IMG/VR virus record: IMGVR_UViG_3300023223_000769
Span: 1,340-65,339 of that record
Strand: one strand, 5' to 3'
DNA length: 64,000 nucleotides
From: a virus
Lineage: Duplodnaviria; Caudoviricetes
A program made the position numbers and the translations under genes. The first letter of the stretch is position 1. Each line of letters opens with the position of its first letter. Below are positions 1 to 10,554 of the stretch, piece after piece. The notes under the pieces were generated by a model. That model was not told the origin of the DNA, ran no database searches, and saw nothing but the letters and a program-made list of their open reading frames with translations.

Positions 1-245
1 GAGGTACACGGCGGCGGTGAATGCTCAGAGTGTGGGGTAGATATCCCGGCAGATGAGATCGACCTACCCTGTCCAGAATGTGAAGATATCCAGGTGAGAT
101 TGAATGAAATGAACAGGGAGTAAAATGAAAAAGCTAGGACGTATACCTCTGCCACCTAGGACAGGTGGACCACAGACCACGAAGAAAGGTAAAAAGGGGT
201 ACAATCGTAAACTCGAAAGGTCTAAAAAGTACAAAGGGGAATAGT

Positions 246-503
246 ATGAAAGAAAAAGAACTATTGGCACAGGCCAAAAAAGGGAATCGAGAGACAGAGT
301 TATTGAATGCAGCCAGGTTGATGTTCAAGGCATTGAATAAAGCAGTATGGGTGCCGGATGACGTAGCGGCCTTGATAGTGGCAGAGAGAGGCAAACCCTC
401 AGGGTTCGGATTGGCCTATGGGAAGCTGGCCGAGGCCTTAGAAGCCTTTGGGCCAGAGACACCAGAAGCTTTAGGTGTGGCGGTTTTCAGGACAATAAAG
501 TAA
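246..503 (+). CDS. hypothetical protein
   Basis: ORF; ATG at 246 after purine-rich AAGGGGA. Confidence 0.55.
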   Translation: MKEKELLAQAKKGNRETELLNAARLMFKALNKAVWVPDDVAALIVAERGKPSGFGLAYGKLAEALEAFGPETPEALGVAVFRTIK

Positions 504-585
504 CAAAGTTTGGTACGATGCCAGGAAATGGTTGCCCTATTGTGCAAAAGCACATAACGGGCCTTGGATTTAAAGGGTTTTTTCT

Positions 586-601
586 TGGCATGGACCTTGC
601 T
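586..601 (+). promoter_or_regulatory. sigma-54 (RpoN) -24/-12 promoter
   Basis: TGGCATGGACCTTGCT matches TGGCACG-N4-TTGCW with exact GG-N10-GC spacing; intergenic, upstream of a gene run. Confidence 0.75.
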
Positions 602-641
602 TCTATAGTACAGCATGAGCGACACAAAAAAGGAGCAAAAC

Positions 642-815
642 ATGAGCATATACAATCCTTGGGAAGATTTTGAGTATGCGATAGCCACAGAGAGAGTGAA
701 TCAGGAGCTTTATGACCGGGAACAGGATTCACTATGGGAGTCCAACAGGTGTCCAGATTGTGGCGTACACGGAGAGATTAAGGGACATATGACATGCCAG
801 TATCCAGAGGACTAA
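642..815 (+). CDS. hypothetical Zn-ribbon protein
   Basis: AAGGAG RBS; CPDC...C. Confidence 0.6.
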   Translation: MSIYNPWEDFEYAIATERVNQELYDREQDSLWESNRCPDCGVHGEIKGHMTCQYPED

Positions 816-832
816 AAAAGGAGCAAAGGAAC

Positions 833-1012
833 ATGAGCGAATATATCGATCCAGAATTTAACGATGCGGTTAACGATGCAGCAAAAACGGCCAGCAAAGC
901 ACGAAAGGCTAAGGTCCGTAGGGCCATGAGAAAAGAGATCGATGCGGCCATGAGGGACATAGGCCTTACAAAGGTGCGGGGGGCCGTAAGTGGAAAGGTA
1001 TATTGGGAGTAG
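833..1012 (+). CDS. hypothetical protein
   Basis: AAGGAG/AAGGA RBS nearly identical to that of the previous gene. Confidence 0.6.
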   Translation: MSEYIDPEFNDAVNDAAKTASKARKAKVRRAMRKEIDAAMRDIGLTKVRGAVSGKVYWE

Positions 1013-1193
1013 GGGCCATGGAAAACATACAAGAAATAACGGGCATAGTACCTCTAACCAGGAGGGCAAAAAACAGGGTACGGGAACACGGTAACGTGTT
1101 TTGGGTACGCAAGGAAACGGCTACGGAAATCTTGGTGGTTTCCCTGGATCGAGAATGGTTCGGTTGGTTTACAAAAGGAAAGGACATAGAATA

Positions 1194-1529
1194 ATGGCTA
1201 TCATAATCGCTAGGTTTAACGGACATTGCAGGGCCGAGTGTGGCAAGAAAATTGCCAAGGGTGACAAGATTGTACACCGGGGGCCTTTCAAGTCATGGCA
1301 TGTAGATTGTTACGATAAGACCGGGGCGGTTACCGGGGTGTACGGTGTTGATCCTGGGAATGCGGCAGAGATCGCCTTAGCAAGGCGGGAGACTTCCAGG
1401 GACAACCGGGAGTATCAGCAGGGGGTACGGGACTACGAAAATTGGAAGTTTAATCAATCGATTTATGGCGAAGAGGCAGCAGAGGCCATGGAAATAGAAC
1501 GAGAGTTGAAGGAAGGTTGGGATTATTAG
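1194..1529 (+). CDS. hypothetical Zn-binding protein
   Basis: RFNGHC..ECGKKI..GD...HVDC; N-terminus resembles 1970..2206. Confidence 0.6.
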   Translation: MAIIIARFNGHCRAECGKKIAKGDKIVHRGPFKSWHVDCYDKTGAVTGVYGVDPGNAAEIALARRETSRDNREYQQGVRDYENWKFNQSIYGEEAAEAMEIERELKEGWDY

Positions 1530-1969
1530 TATGTGGGAACGTCATACAGGGATAGTGGATTTTGAATGTCCACAGTGTAAGCAGATTACTACGGGGGAGG
1601 CCTTGGAAACCTTACCGGATAACAGTACAAAGGGAACATCGTTTAATAAACTTTTCCTTTGTGGACATAAGGCGAATTTAATTACGGATAGCGTTATAAG
1701 ACATTGGAGGTCGATTTAAAATGTTAAAGGTTCACATATATCACGGTAACGGAAAGTCAGCTACCATTAAGGCAAGCGAAATGATAGGCCTTACGATCCT
1801 CAGACAGGATAGCGTATCAGATAAGGATGAGGCAAGGAGTGTTAGGCCTAAGGGTCAACAGCTAGTCATGTTGGAAGTTACTGAGGCCGATGGAGAGTTG
1901 TTTATTTCGAATCTGAGAACAGACGAAAAAATTAAACTCTAAATTTTTTTTGGATCGGAGAACAGGACA

Positions 1970-2206
1970 ATGATTAACAGGTATGCAGGAATTTGTCAGG
2001 TATGCGGCACGAATGTTAAGCCCAATGCCGGTACTACCCAAAGGCCTAGGGGGGCCAAAAGGTGGTATGTGTATTGCTCTACACATTCCGCAGACCATTC
2101 ACAGATGGTCCATACTTTTTATTTTCCTAGCACTGGACACACTGCGTATCGCAATGCTAGGGGCAGGTGCGAAGATGCCCCATGTTGCGGGTGCTGCACA
2201 ATTTAA
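1970..2206 (+). CDS. hypothetical Cys-rich protein
   Basis: NRYAGICQVCG; C-terminal GRCEDAPCCGCC. Confidence 0.65.
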   Translation: MINRYAGICQVCGTNVKPNAGTTQRPRGAKRWYVYCSTHSADHSQMVHTFYFPSTGHTAYRNARGRCEDAPCCGCCTI

Positions 2207-2467
2207 TTGAAAGGATCGAAAATGGAAAACAGAGATTGGTACGTTAGGTCAAAATTTGCTAGTGTGTCAAATTACAATGGGGCCGAGGGGCCAAAGTTGA
2301 AAACCCAAGGGTGCGGGTGTTGCAGTAGGGAAGTGATTTTGACTGAGGAAAATTTGACTGAGGCAATTGTAGACACAGAAAATTTTGCCTCTGAGTTGAA
2401 GGCAATAAAGGCATCTATCGATTGGGCAGATGTTGAAAAACAGGCAAAGGAATATAACGAGTAAATT

Positions 2468-3001
2468 ATGGAAATGTCAGAGATACGCAGGACAGTCATA
2501 GACAAGGTTAACGAAACTTTGACCACGTTGGATTGCAGCAGGTTTCCGTTTACCATCGTCTATAAGAGACTAGGGGGCCGTTATGGATTCTATTCTCCTA
2601 AGACGAATACCTTAGTATTCGATCCGTTGTACATTCGTCAGAATTTTGAGAGGTACCTGGAAATCGTTGTGCCTCACGAGACTTGTCATTTGGTCCAGAC
2701 ACTAAAGTATGGGGATATCGATAAGGCGCACGGTTTCGTATGGCAGGGTTTAATGCGTCAGGTTGGTTTAAGGCCGGATAGGGTTATTGGAGGTTTCGAA
2801 ACGATACCTATGCGAAAAGTTAAAACGGTACCTTATACGTGTGGGTGTAGGGAGTGGCCTTTTACAAAAAAGCGTATTAATAATGATCTACGGTTTCAAC
2901 AGAAGCTGGCAGAGAAAAATAAAATGGTCAGACCACGTTATAGTTGTCCGTTATGTAAGCGGAGAATTAGACCGGTGGGGGAGGAGATAAATGCAAATTA
3001 A
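2468..3001 (+). CDS. SprT-like zinc metalloprotease
   Basis: HETCH (HExxH), HGFVWQ, then YTCGC and CPLC zinc ligands. Confidence 0.85.
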   Translation: MEMSEIRRTVIDKVNETLTTLDCSRFPFTIVYKRLGGRYGFYSPKTNTLVFDPLYIRQNFERYLEIVVPHETCHLVQTLKYGDIDKAHGFVWQGLMRQVGLRPDRVIGGFETIPMRKVKTVPYTCGCREWPFTKKRINNDLRFQQKLAEKNKMVRPRYSCPLCKRRIRPVGEEINAN

Positions 3002-3263
3002 TTTAGGTATCAAAATAAAGCAGATTGACATAGGTGAAGTTTTGAATGCATTTTACAGATACGTCTATGTCTTAGGTTTCAGTGGTAACCTTAAGAGTAG
3101 GGAATGGTATACAGGCTATGCGTGTGCCTTGAGGGATGCGGAGATTATAAGTCACGCTACCTGGGATGAGTTAACCAACAGGATTAACGATGATCGGCTT
3201 TTTAAGGCCATGGACCGTTACAATAGAGCTATAACGTCAGTGGTTGATTAAGGAGAAAGTATA

Positions 3264-3500
3264 ATGGTTAATTTAGAAGATATTGGTGATGTAGTTACAA
3301 TAATAAATGCAGATCGAAAGATCGATGCCATCAAGAGGGCCAGAGAACTTTTTAACCTGCCTCTGATTACGGCAAAGTGTTTTGTCGAGACATTGCAAAT
3401 TATCAACGGCAGTGCGCTTTGTCCACATTGCCATGTGATAATCGATCCTAACGAAATGCGGATACCCGCTACCATTAGTATTCGGAGGGGCAGGGGTTAG
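3264..3500 (+). CDS. ribosomal protein bL12 (L7/L12) C-terminal-domain-like protein
   Basis: KIDAIKRARELFNLPLITAKCFVE resembles bL12 KI.VIK.VR..TGLGL.EAK.LVE; followed by CPHC. Confidence 0.65.
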   Translation: MVNLEDIGDVVTIINADRKIDAIKRARELFNLPLITAKCFVETLQIINGSALCPHCHVIIDPNEMRIPATISIRRGRG

Positions 3501-5187
3501 ATAATGTTTGATTTAGAATACGATACAAAATTTGGTTTGCATAGTGACATTCCCATCTGTTGTATAGTGGCCTATACTACGGATAACATGCCCCCTCCCG
3601 CAGGTAGGGTATGGAATTATCGTCCCTGTTGGGAATGTTTTTTAAGAGGAAAATGGGTTAGTATCCATCTTTGTACTAGGGGATGTAAAAGTTTTTTGAA
3701 GTCTATAGGGTTAACAAGTGATCGTTATTTAAAGGGTCTAAAAACAAAAAAGGAGATGAGAAAATGGAAAACACAGAGAACAAAAAGCCAGAGAGAAATG
3801 AGAAGAAACAAGTAATGGGCAAGCATCAATCGAATTATGCTCGTAAGACTATTTACCTCAAGGGTCTTAGTCGGCGCACTGGTTATAGGGTATTCGGTTT
3901 CGAGGTTCCTTTCCCTAAGCCTTGGACGGTGAAATAATGGGTACAAGAAAACCGGCAGAGCCAAGGATGAGCAGTGGCCGTGTAGGTCGTTATAATGAGT
4001 ACGTTGAGTGGCGAGTAGGTAAACATCAAATCGTATGGGTTGCCCAAAGGGGTGCCGAGGGATTTTGGTTTATCTATGAAGTGCATCCTGGGGGCATGGG
4101 TATGGTAAAAACACTTGCGTCTTTTGCTCCGTTGCAAAAGACACAGGCGGTAGAGTTCGCACGTCAACAGGCAGAGAATATGTTTTGGGGGTAATCATGG
4201 ATAAGATCCAGAAGCTTTACAAAAAGACATTGGCCTTGGTGCCAGAGGTCCGAGAGGAAATTTGCGATCATTCCTGCGGTGGACATTATACAGGGTCGAT
4301 GCCTTGCACCGGCAGGATAGCGTGTTTCATGTGTGGAGTTACGTTAGATGAAAAGGGCATGGTCCAGGACGTAAAAAAGAAATGGATGCAACTGATCTAA
4401 TGGAACATTATACGTTAGATAAAAAACAGCGTGATTTTTTACATGACCTCCTGGAAAAGAATATACAACGTCCATTAGGTATAGCACGAAATCTATGGCT
4501 AATGGATTTGGTGATGTTGTTTGACAGTACGAATGACAAAATAATTATCGTAAAGGGAGATAAGAATGAAAACATCAATGGTTGATTTTCTTCCTGGGGA
4601 TGGCAAGACATACGTGGTCGAGGTTGCCTATATTCATCAGAATGCGGTAGACGTTAATAGTCTCTGTGCTTTTTGTCATGGTGATCCGTGTGCGGAAGAG
4701 TATCCAGAAAATCCATTATCATCTATGATCGGGTACTACCGGGATAGCTGCAAGGATCAAGGTTACACATTCGAAACGTGTCCTATGTGTAGCGGGAGGC
4801 CTTCATGAATAGATGGCATGAGATATCGAAGGAAACGTATCGGGCGATTTATACAGAGTTGTTAGATGAACTACATGTCTTTGGTACTATCACTAATCTT
4901 GGTGCGCCAGTTATGCCGGATCTACCAAAGATGATACTAACTGAGTGGGGTTTTAAAGACGAAGATTTTCCGTTGATTAAAAGTGAGATCACAGAAGAGG
5001 GTAAAAAGTTTTACATCATAAAGGCAGGGAGTTTTGTATGATCGAGTTTACAATCGTGTGTATAACTTTGACCGTGGTTTACTTGGTATCAGCATTGCCA
5101 GAGTTTTTTCTTGGTTATTACGGAATAAGTTTTGGGATTTCTGCATACCTTTATACGTATATAGTTTTTGATTGAGGGGAAAGAAAA

Positions 5188-5655
5188 ATGTTTACGCAAA
5201 AACAATTGAGACTAATTCATTTCTGTGCAGTGGAAGTAGACCGTCAGGAAGATGCGCCTAGAAGGGTATCTGACATGCTCCATGCGTGGAATGAGGTAGC
5301 TAAGGATATACGGCAGGGCCGTAGTCATAGAGCAATCTGTGGAATGTTAACTACTCAGTATGTTCAGTACATTGCACTAAAGACACAACCGGATAAGGGC
5401 GTGTATCGTGCAGGGCCGGTAGTTATTCACCATCGAGCAGTTGGGCCTAGCCATACGGAGATTCCGAGGCTCATGGGAACTTTGTTCGCCATGCCGACAT
5501 TGAATGCTCTTACACCTTTGCAGGTGTATATCGAGTTCGAAAAGATTCATCCGTTTTCAGACGGTAATGGTCGAGTGGGTTTGATTATTTTTAATGCTTT
5601 GAACGGATCTATTGAGACTCCGTTAAGGCCAAACGTTGGAAACGTTTTTGCATAG
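5188..5655 (+). CDS. Fic/Doc family protein
   Basis: HPFSDGNGRVG Fic motif. Confidence 0.85.
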   Translation: MFTQKQLRLIHFCAVEVDRQEDAPRRVSDMLHAWNEVAKDIRQGRSHRAICGMLTTQYVQYIALKTQPDKGVYRAGPVVIHHRAVGPSHTEIPRLMGTLFAMPTLNALTPLQVYIEFEKIHPFSDGNGRVGLIIFNALNGSIETPLRPNVGNVFA

Positions 5656-5953
5656 GAGAAAAATATGGAAAATAAAATATACAGAGTATTTGTGACACGG
5701 CATTTTATAGCTGTTAAATGGTATGATGTTGTGGCGACAAGTCCAAAGAAAGCAGGAAGGTTGGGAGAGAAAGCAGCTAAAGAATATTCCAAGGGGGCCG
5801 ATGTTCGATCAGAGGCTACGGACAATCACTGGCATTCGGATGAACCTATGGAGATAGGGTGTCTTGGCTATGGTGGTGAGAATGGCGAGTACACAGAGGA
5901 ATTGAAAGAGGTTATAAACGTTCCTGGGGCATGGGAATCGAAAGGGGTTTAAG

Positions 5954-6517
5954 ATGGAAGCAATAGAAACGAAAAAAGTTAGAGGGTATACAATCGAGAT
6001 CCACCAGGATGAAGATGCCGAGTCTCCGAGAGAGTGTAGTACGTTTGGTACAATGTTTTGTACTCATAGACGGTACAATCTTGGTGATAAACAGATAGGG
6101 TCAATGGCTAAAGGAGAATTTGACAAACTCATTAATCGTAAAGACGTAAAGTATCTGCCTCTGTACCTGTACGATCATTCGGGCCTTACCATGAGTACGA
6201 GTCCGTTTAGTTGTCCATGGGATTCGGGCCAGGTCGGGGTCATCCTTGCTACGCACGAAGATATTCGTAAAGAGTTCGGGCCACAGGGTAGGGCCATGAC
6301 GCATATATCTAAAAAGGCCATTTCAAGTGCCTTCAAATTGATGCGTCAGGAAGTGGAAGTGTACGATGCATTTCTCCGAGGTAACGTGTATGGATACGTG
6401 ATCCTGGATAAGAAAGGTGAGACTATGGATTCATGTTGGGGTTTTATTTGTGTCGATGGCAAGTTGGATTACGTCTATGAGGCGGCAATGGAAAATATAC
6501 CAAAGGGGAAAGTATGA
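5954..6517 (+). CDS. conserved phage hypothetical protein
   Basis: 187 aa ORF; LPLYLYDHSG...PWDSGQVG...DSCWGF. Confidence 0.7.
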   Translation: MEAIETKKVRGYTIEIHQDEDAESPRECSTFGTMFCTHRRYNLGDKQIGSMAKGEFDKLINRKDVKYLPLYLYDHSGLTMSTSPFSCPWDSGQVGVILATHEDIRKEFGPQGRAMTHISKKAISSAFKLMRQEVEVYDAFLRGNVYGYVILDKKGETMDSCWGFICVDGKLDYVYEAAMENIPKGKV

Positions 6518-7484
6518 CTGATCGAGATAAAAAAATCAGGGCCATGTTGAAAGACGAGAATCATGTTGTCCTGGAAGTAGACGGTCAAAAAGATCGATAT
6601 GGTAAAACTCCATTTACAGCCTTTTGGTTGACCAGTTATATTCCAGGATTACCGTTTGATGATACCGAATTGAAAATGAGGGCGCAGTGCTTTAGAACTT
6701 TATTTGACGTGTCCGTTCGTACTTGGCAAAAGCGTGGTAAGATCGTTCACGTTATCGATTTGATGGATAAATTATAGGAGTAAATGATGGACGTAACCAC
6801 GCAGGTAAATAGAATGTGTTGGGAGTGTAATAAAGAACACGAGAGAATTGCGTTTTGTACAAACTGTAAAGCTTGCCTATACCTACATTCCAAACAGGAT
6901 ATAGTGGCGGCTGACATGGGTTACCCTATGTTCTTTTGTACGAAGTGTGGTCAAAATAATTTTTGGGATTAGGAGTAAATTATGAATGCGAGACAATTAC
7001 ATCTAGTTATTCAAGAGCGCAAAAAGTTACAGGCGCAGCTAGGGAACACACATACCGGTTTCAGGGTTAGGTGTGTGACTGCGGTTGCCCGAAACATACT
7101 GTTAGAGGGTGTCTATTTTTGGAATGGGAGACATTGTAACCCTAGAGCAAAGAGCATAGGGGCAGGTGTCTACGAGGTTTGGTTAGAGAAGGAAGGGGTC
7201 TAATTATGCTTACAGGTGACTTACCGAGAAGCTTTTTTGATGAGCCGGGGAATGCAGTAGCGAGAGTTAACTTAAAAAAGTTACAAGCTATCATGATGCA
7301 TTATGGCGAGACTTTAACGGTCAAAAATATTAGGTATCACATTCTCCATAAGCAGTTATGTCCAGGAGTTTTTGAGATAACGTTAACCACTAGGGTTTCC
7401 AGAGTTTGACATCAAATGACAAATTATGGGTGCCAAAATGCGGTACTTGCATCGAGGCACCTAATAAACTCAAGGCTTTTTTCT

Positions 7485-7500
7485 TGGCATGGACCTTGCG
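7485..7500 (+). promoter_or_regulatory. sigma-54 -24/-12 promoter
   Basis: TGGCATGGACCTTGCG; shares TTTTTCTTGGCATGGACCTTGC with the site at 579-600. Confidence 0.75.
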
Positions 7501-7511
7501 TTAGTAAAAGG

Positions 7512-8010
7512 CAAGCTCGTCATCGAGTATGTCATGTGATAATAAGACATTGCATGGCTAAGGGGCGAGTGATTGACAGCTATGCTGTCGCCTACGGTCT
7601 AGGATAGAGCCTTTAAAAGGGGTATCCTGCTCGTTGAGATAGGAGTCCAGAATTGGAATCCGTGGATGCTTGGCCTCTCTAACACCAGGCCCTAGGCGAG
7701 AGCATAGTTGAGAATCCAGACTGCACTTTAAAATGGGTTGCGGATCATGCACTAGGAGCTATAGAGCCTGTCGTATCCAGAGAGGGACCGACCCTCAGAC
7801 AGGAGATCACTCTAGTAGCGAAACGGCATAAAGACTGTAACCATTCAGGCTAGTGACGGACCCACCACGAGTTTTCTCGTGGCACTGGACTAGATAACGG
7901 CTGAAAATCACCTCTGTATCAGGGGCCGAGTCAGTTAGGTTGGTTGGAGGTTCTAGATTCAGTGGGGTGCAGTGTGGATTTTTACGGGGGAGATGGTCTG
8001 ATACGGGGCC
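7512..8010 (+). ncRNA. large structured noncoding RNA, family unknown
   Basis: no credible ORF; long helices 7577-7594/7693-7710 and 7713-7726/7967-7980 plus many nested hairpins; starts just downstream of a sigma-54 site. Confidence 0.7.
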
Positions 8011-8020
8011 AGAATATGAA

Positions 8021-8171
8021 TGAGGAAAGCAATGAGTAGTACTCTCCTTGGGAGAAGAAAGTTGTTAGTATTCTCCGATTATACAAGTCGGATAAGGAAG
8101 AAAAATCGTTCTGGCGATAAAGTACTTTTCATACCCGGATTATTCAGGTTCGATTCCTGATTCCCTCATCA
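8021..8171 (+). ncRNA. tRNA-like RNA with T-arm and expanded body
   Basis: T-arm TCAGG-TTCGATT-CCTGA (8144-8160); imperfect acceptor-like pairing TGAGGAAA/TTCCCTCA; internal stem TGAGTAGTACT/AGTACTTTTCA enclosing three hairpins. Confidence 0.55.
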
Positions 8172-8339
8172 GTTTTATTTTATAGGAAGGAGTAGCTATG
8201 GAGAATTTAGAAATTTTGATTAAGCAAATTCGAAAAGAAGTAGCGTTAGATATTGCTCAAGATTTTTTGGCACAACTGAGTGAGAATGAACTTGCGGAAT
8301 TGGCATTACAATATAATCAGATGATCGGAGATAATTAAT

Positions 8340-8486
8340 ATGTGGGTTTATCAGAGAACAGAAGCTAATTTGTACAGTGTTGGTTTTTATAAACCAAATG
8401 GTAAGTGGGTACCGGAAAGCGATTACAACGATAGAGAACAGGCTGCAAGGCGAGTTCATTTTTTGAATGGTGGAGGAAGGGTGTAA
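8340..8486 (+). CDS. small phage hypothetical protein (below the ORF-track cutoff)
   Basis: translates as MWVYQRTEANLYSVGFYKPNGKWVPESDY...RVHFLNGG. Confidence 0.6.
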   Translation: MWVYQRTEANLYSVGFYKPNGKWVPESDYNDREQAARRVHFLNGGGRV

Positions 8487-10499
8487 AGATGGAAATATTT
8501 GTACCGGCTACGGACGCAGACAGACAGTATCTTTTGTGGTGTGCGCTTGAACTTGCAAAAGCAATTGTTCGCAAACAGCAGGGAGAAAAAAATGGAAATG
8601 TTAATGTGTAGATGCGGTAGAATTTTGGTCGGCATGTGGGAGAGGCTTAGAGGGGTTTGTTATATCTGTAAGCCTACAGGCCGATGGACAAACGAACCGG
8701 GGCCATAGGAGGGTCTATGTATAAAGTAGAAGTGATAGCGGATAATTCAGGCACCTATGCCGGGAACGCATTGACGTTCGATCACGTAGCAGAGGCAGAA
8801 GAGTATGGGATCGATCTTATGTCCAGGTGGATGTTGGTTAGAACGTGGCGAGTGGTCGAGATCGAAACCGGCAAGGTCATGAGGCAGTACTAATGCTTCA
8901 CATAAGGGTTTATGGTGAAAATCCTAGATGGTGGTTTGGCTTCTTAAATAAGGGGGCGTTTCGTCAGACCACAGAGCATGACGGTATCATTTTATACGGT
9001 GAGGAAGGTAAAGATTTTCGAGTAGCAGTAGCAAAGTAAGGAGCATTTATGATCGATGATTTTCTTGTTATGGGTTTCTTTGTGTCCGTGGGATACCTTC
9101 TCTGCATGGGTGTCAATTGGATAAGGAGAAAGTTCAATGGCTAAGTTGTGTCGGATAACGGTCTTAGCTTATCAATTTGAAGGCGTTGGACCAAGAGATG
9201 GTTACAAGCGTCAAGATTTAGAGAATGGCATCGAGTTCTGCGAAGATTTAATTGACCAAGGTTTCAAGGAAGAGCCGATGGATCATTTCAGTTTGCGTGG
9301 ATATATCAAGTGGGCAAACATGGAGATCATGAGGAGATTCTAATGCGTACTAGGCACCAAAGACTTTTTATGTATGCACGGTCTGCGCTTGTTATGTGCA
9401 AGTGTGGAACTAAGTTTGAGCTACAAGAGGGAGCTATTGAGGAAGTCACTTGTGCCTCCTGCGGTGAGGAGTTTCGTCTTAGGGACTACAGGGGTCCGTA
9501 TGGGCCGGAGAACGATTGCGAATAAATTGCGGTTTTGTTGCGTCTATCGGTGGGTCGGGGAAATGGAAATGACAACCGACCCTCTTTACAGCCTAGTGGC
9601 CGTGGACGCAACAATGGTTGGTGAATGCAGAAAGGATCTAGATGCTGTCCTTTTTGCTAGTCGGTTTGAGGGTGTGACAGTGGAACGAGAGGGTAAGGAC
9701 GCTTATCGTATCCGATGTATCCCCTGGACACACCCCTGCCGTGGTTATGTCCGGTTTAATGGCCGGTTGTGTCGAGTTGCCCACAGGAGGGCAGATCGAC
9801 CTAGCGGCAATGGTAGGGGGCCGGTTCCGTGGCCGGTTGCTTAAAATCGATTTATAGCGAAGTTAGGGGGGTTTATGCAAAGAGACTATACAGAGTTTGC
9901 TGTCGAGAGTGCTAACAGGGCCATAAAGTGGATTCGCAGGTATGAGGAAGAGATAAACCGTGAATTTGGCAGGGATTATAGTAAGGTTCTGTTGGATAGC
10001 AGGATCAGGAAGCTTAGACTTGCTCAGAAAAATCTGACTTATCTTAATAGGGGCTTAGATTAAAAAGGAGGAAATTATGAGCATTGCAGAGGGACAGCAG
10101 GTGCTAAATATGCTATTTTATGTGGCTATTACGGGTCCGGTGATATCCCTTACCTGGGCCGTGTATCTGTTATTGAATCGGTAACCGGGGGGAGGGTGCA
10201 TGAAAGGTCTAACAAAGAAACAAAAACAGATAAAGATTAATGACATACAGGTTGATATCGAAGATGAAATAGAGTTTGTCGATATAAAGCCATATAGTCA
10301 TAACTTAATTTCAATGAGACTAAGGCACATTTCCGATCTTGGAGGGGTTAAAGAGGCCAATAGGGTCATTAGGGAGCTAGGCCTTGAGAGTTTAGGTTGG
10401 CGTAAAGTATCAAAAAATGATACCAAGTGACAATTTTTGGAGCCGTATTTTGGCATTCGCTATTTGCGAATCGAGAATCGCTCATAGCGAATAGCCTAT

Positions 10500-10512
10500 A
10501 ATCAAGGACTTA
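10500..10512 (+). promoter_or_regulatory. IHF binding site
   Basis: AATCAAGGACTTA = WATCAANNNNTTR, between the upstream box and the -24 element. Confidence 0.55.
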
Positions 10513-10538
10513 GAGAGATTGCGGAGGCTGGCGAGAGT

Positions 10539-10554
10539 TGGCACGGTACTTGCT
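10539..10554 (+). promoter_or_regulatory. sigma-54 -24/-12 promoter
   Basis: TGGCACGGTACTTGCT is a full consensus match, intergenic. Confidence 0.8.

Noticed and set aside
7416-7607. 63 aa ORF
   Set aside because: It spans the sigma-54 promoter and the paired RNA region and has no RBS
7830-7965. Group I intron core (AGACTGTAA and AGATTCAGTG resemble R and S)
   Set aside because: The P7 G-binding pair is not formed (CAGTG rather than CAGTC), no P/Q match, and no interrupted gene in the flanks; a cmscan would settle it
8022-8145. RNase P RNA (GAGGAAAG ... ACCCGGATTAT resemble CR-I and CR-V)
   Set aside because: The TCCGGG needed for P4 is absent after GAGGAAAG and the span is too short
10451-10468. 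Fourth sigma-54 site TGGCATTCGCTATTTGC (similar case at 27380)
   Set aside because: GG-to-GC spacing is 2 nt too long; sigma-54 spacing is rigid
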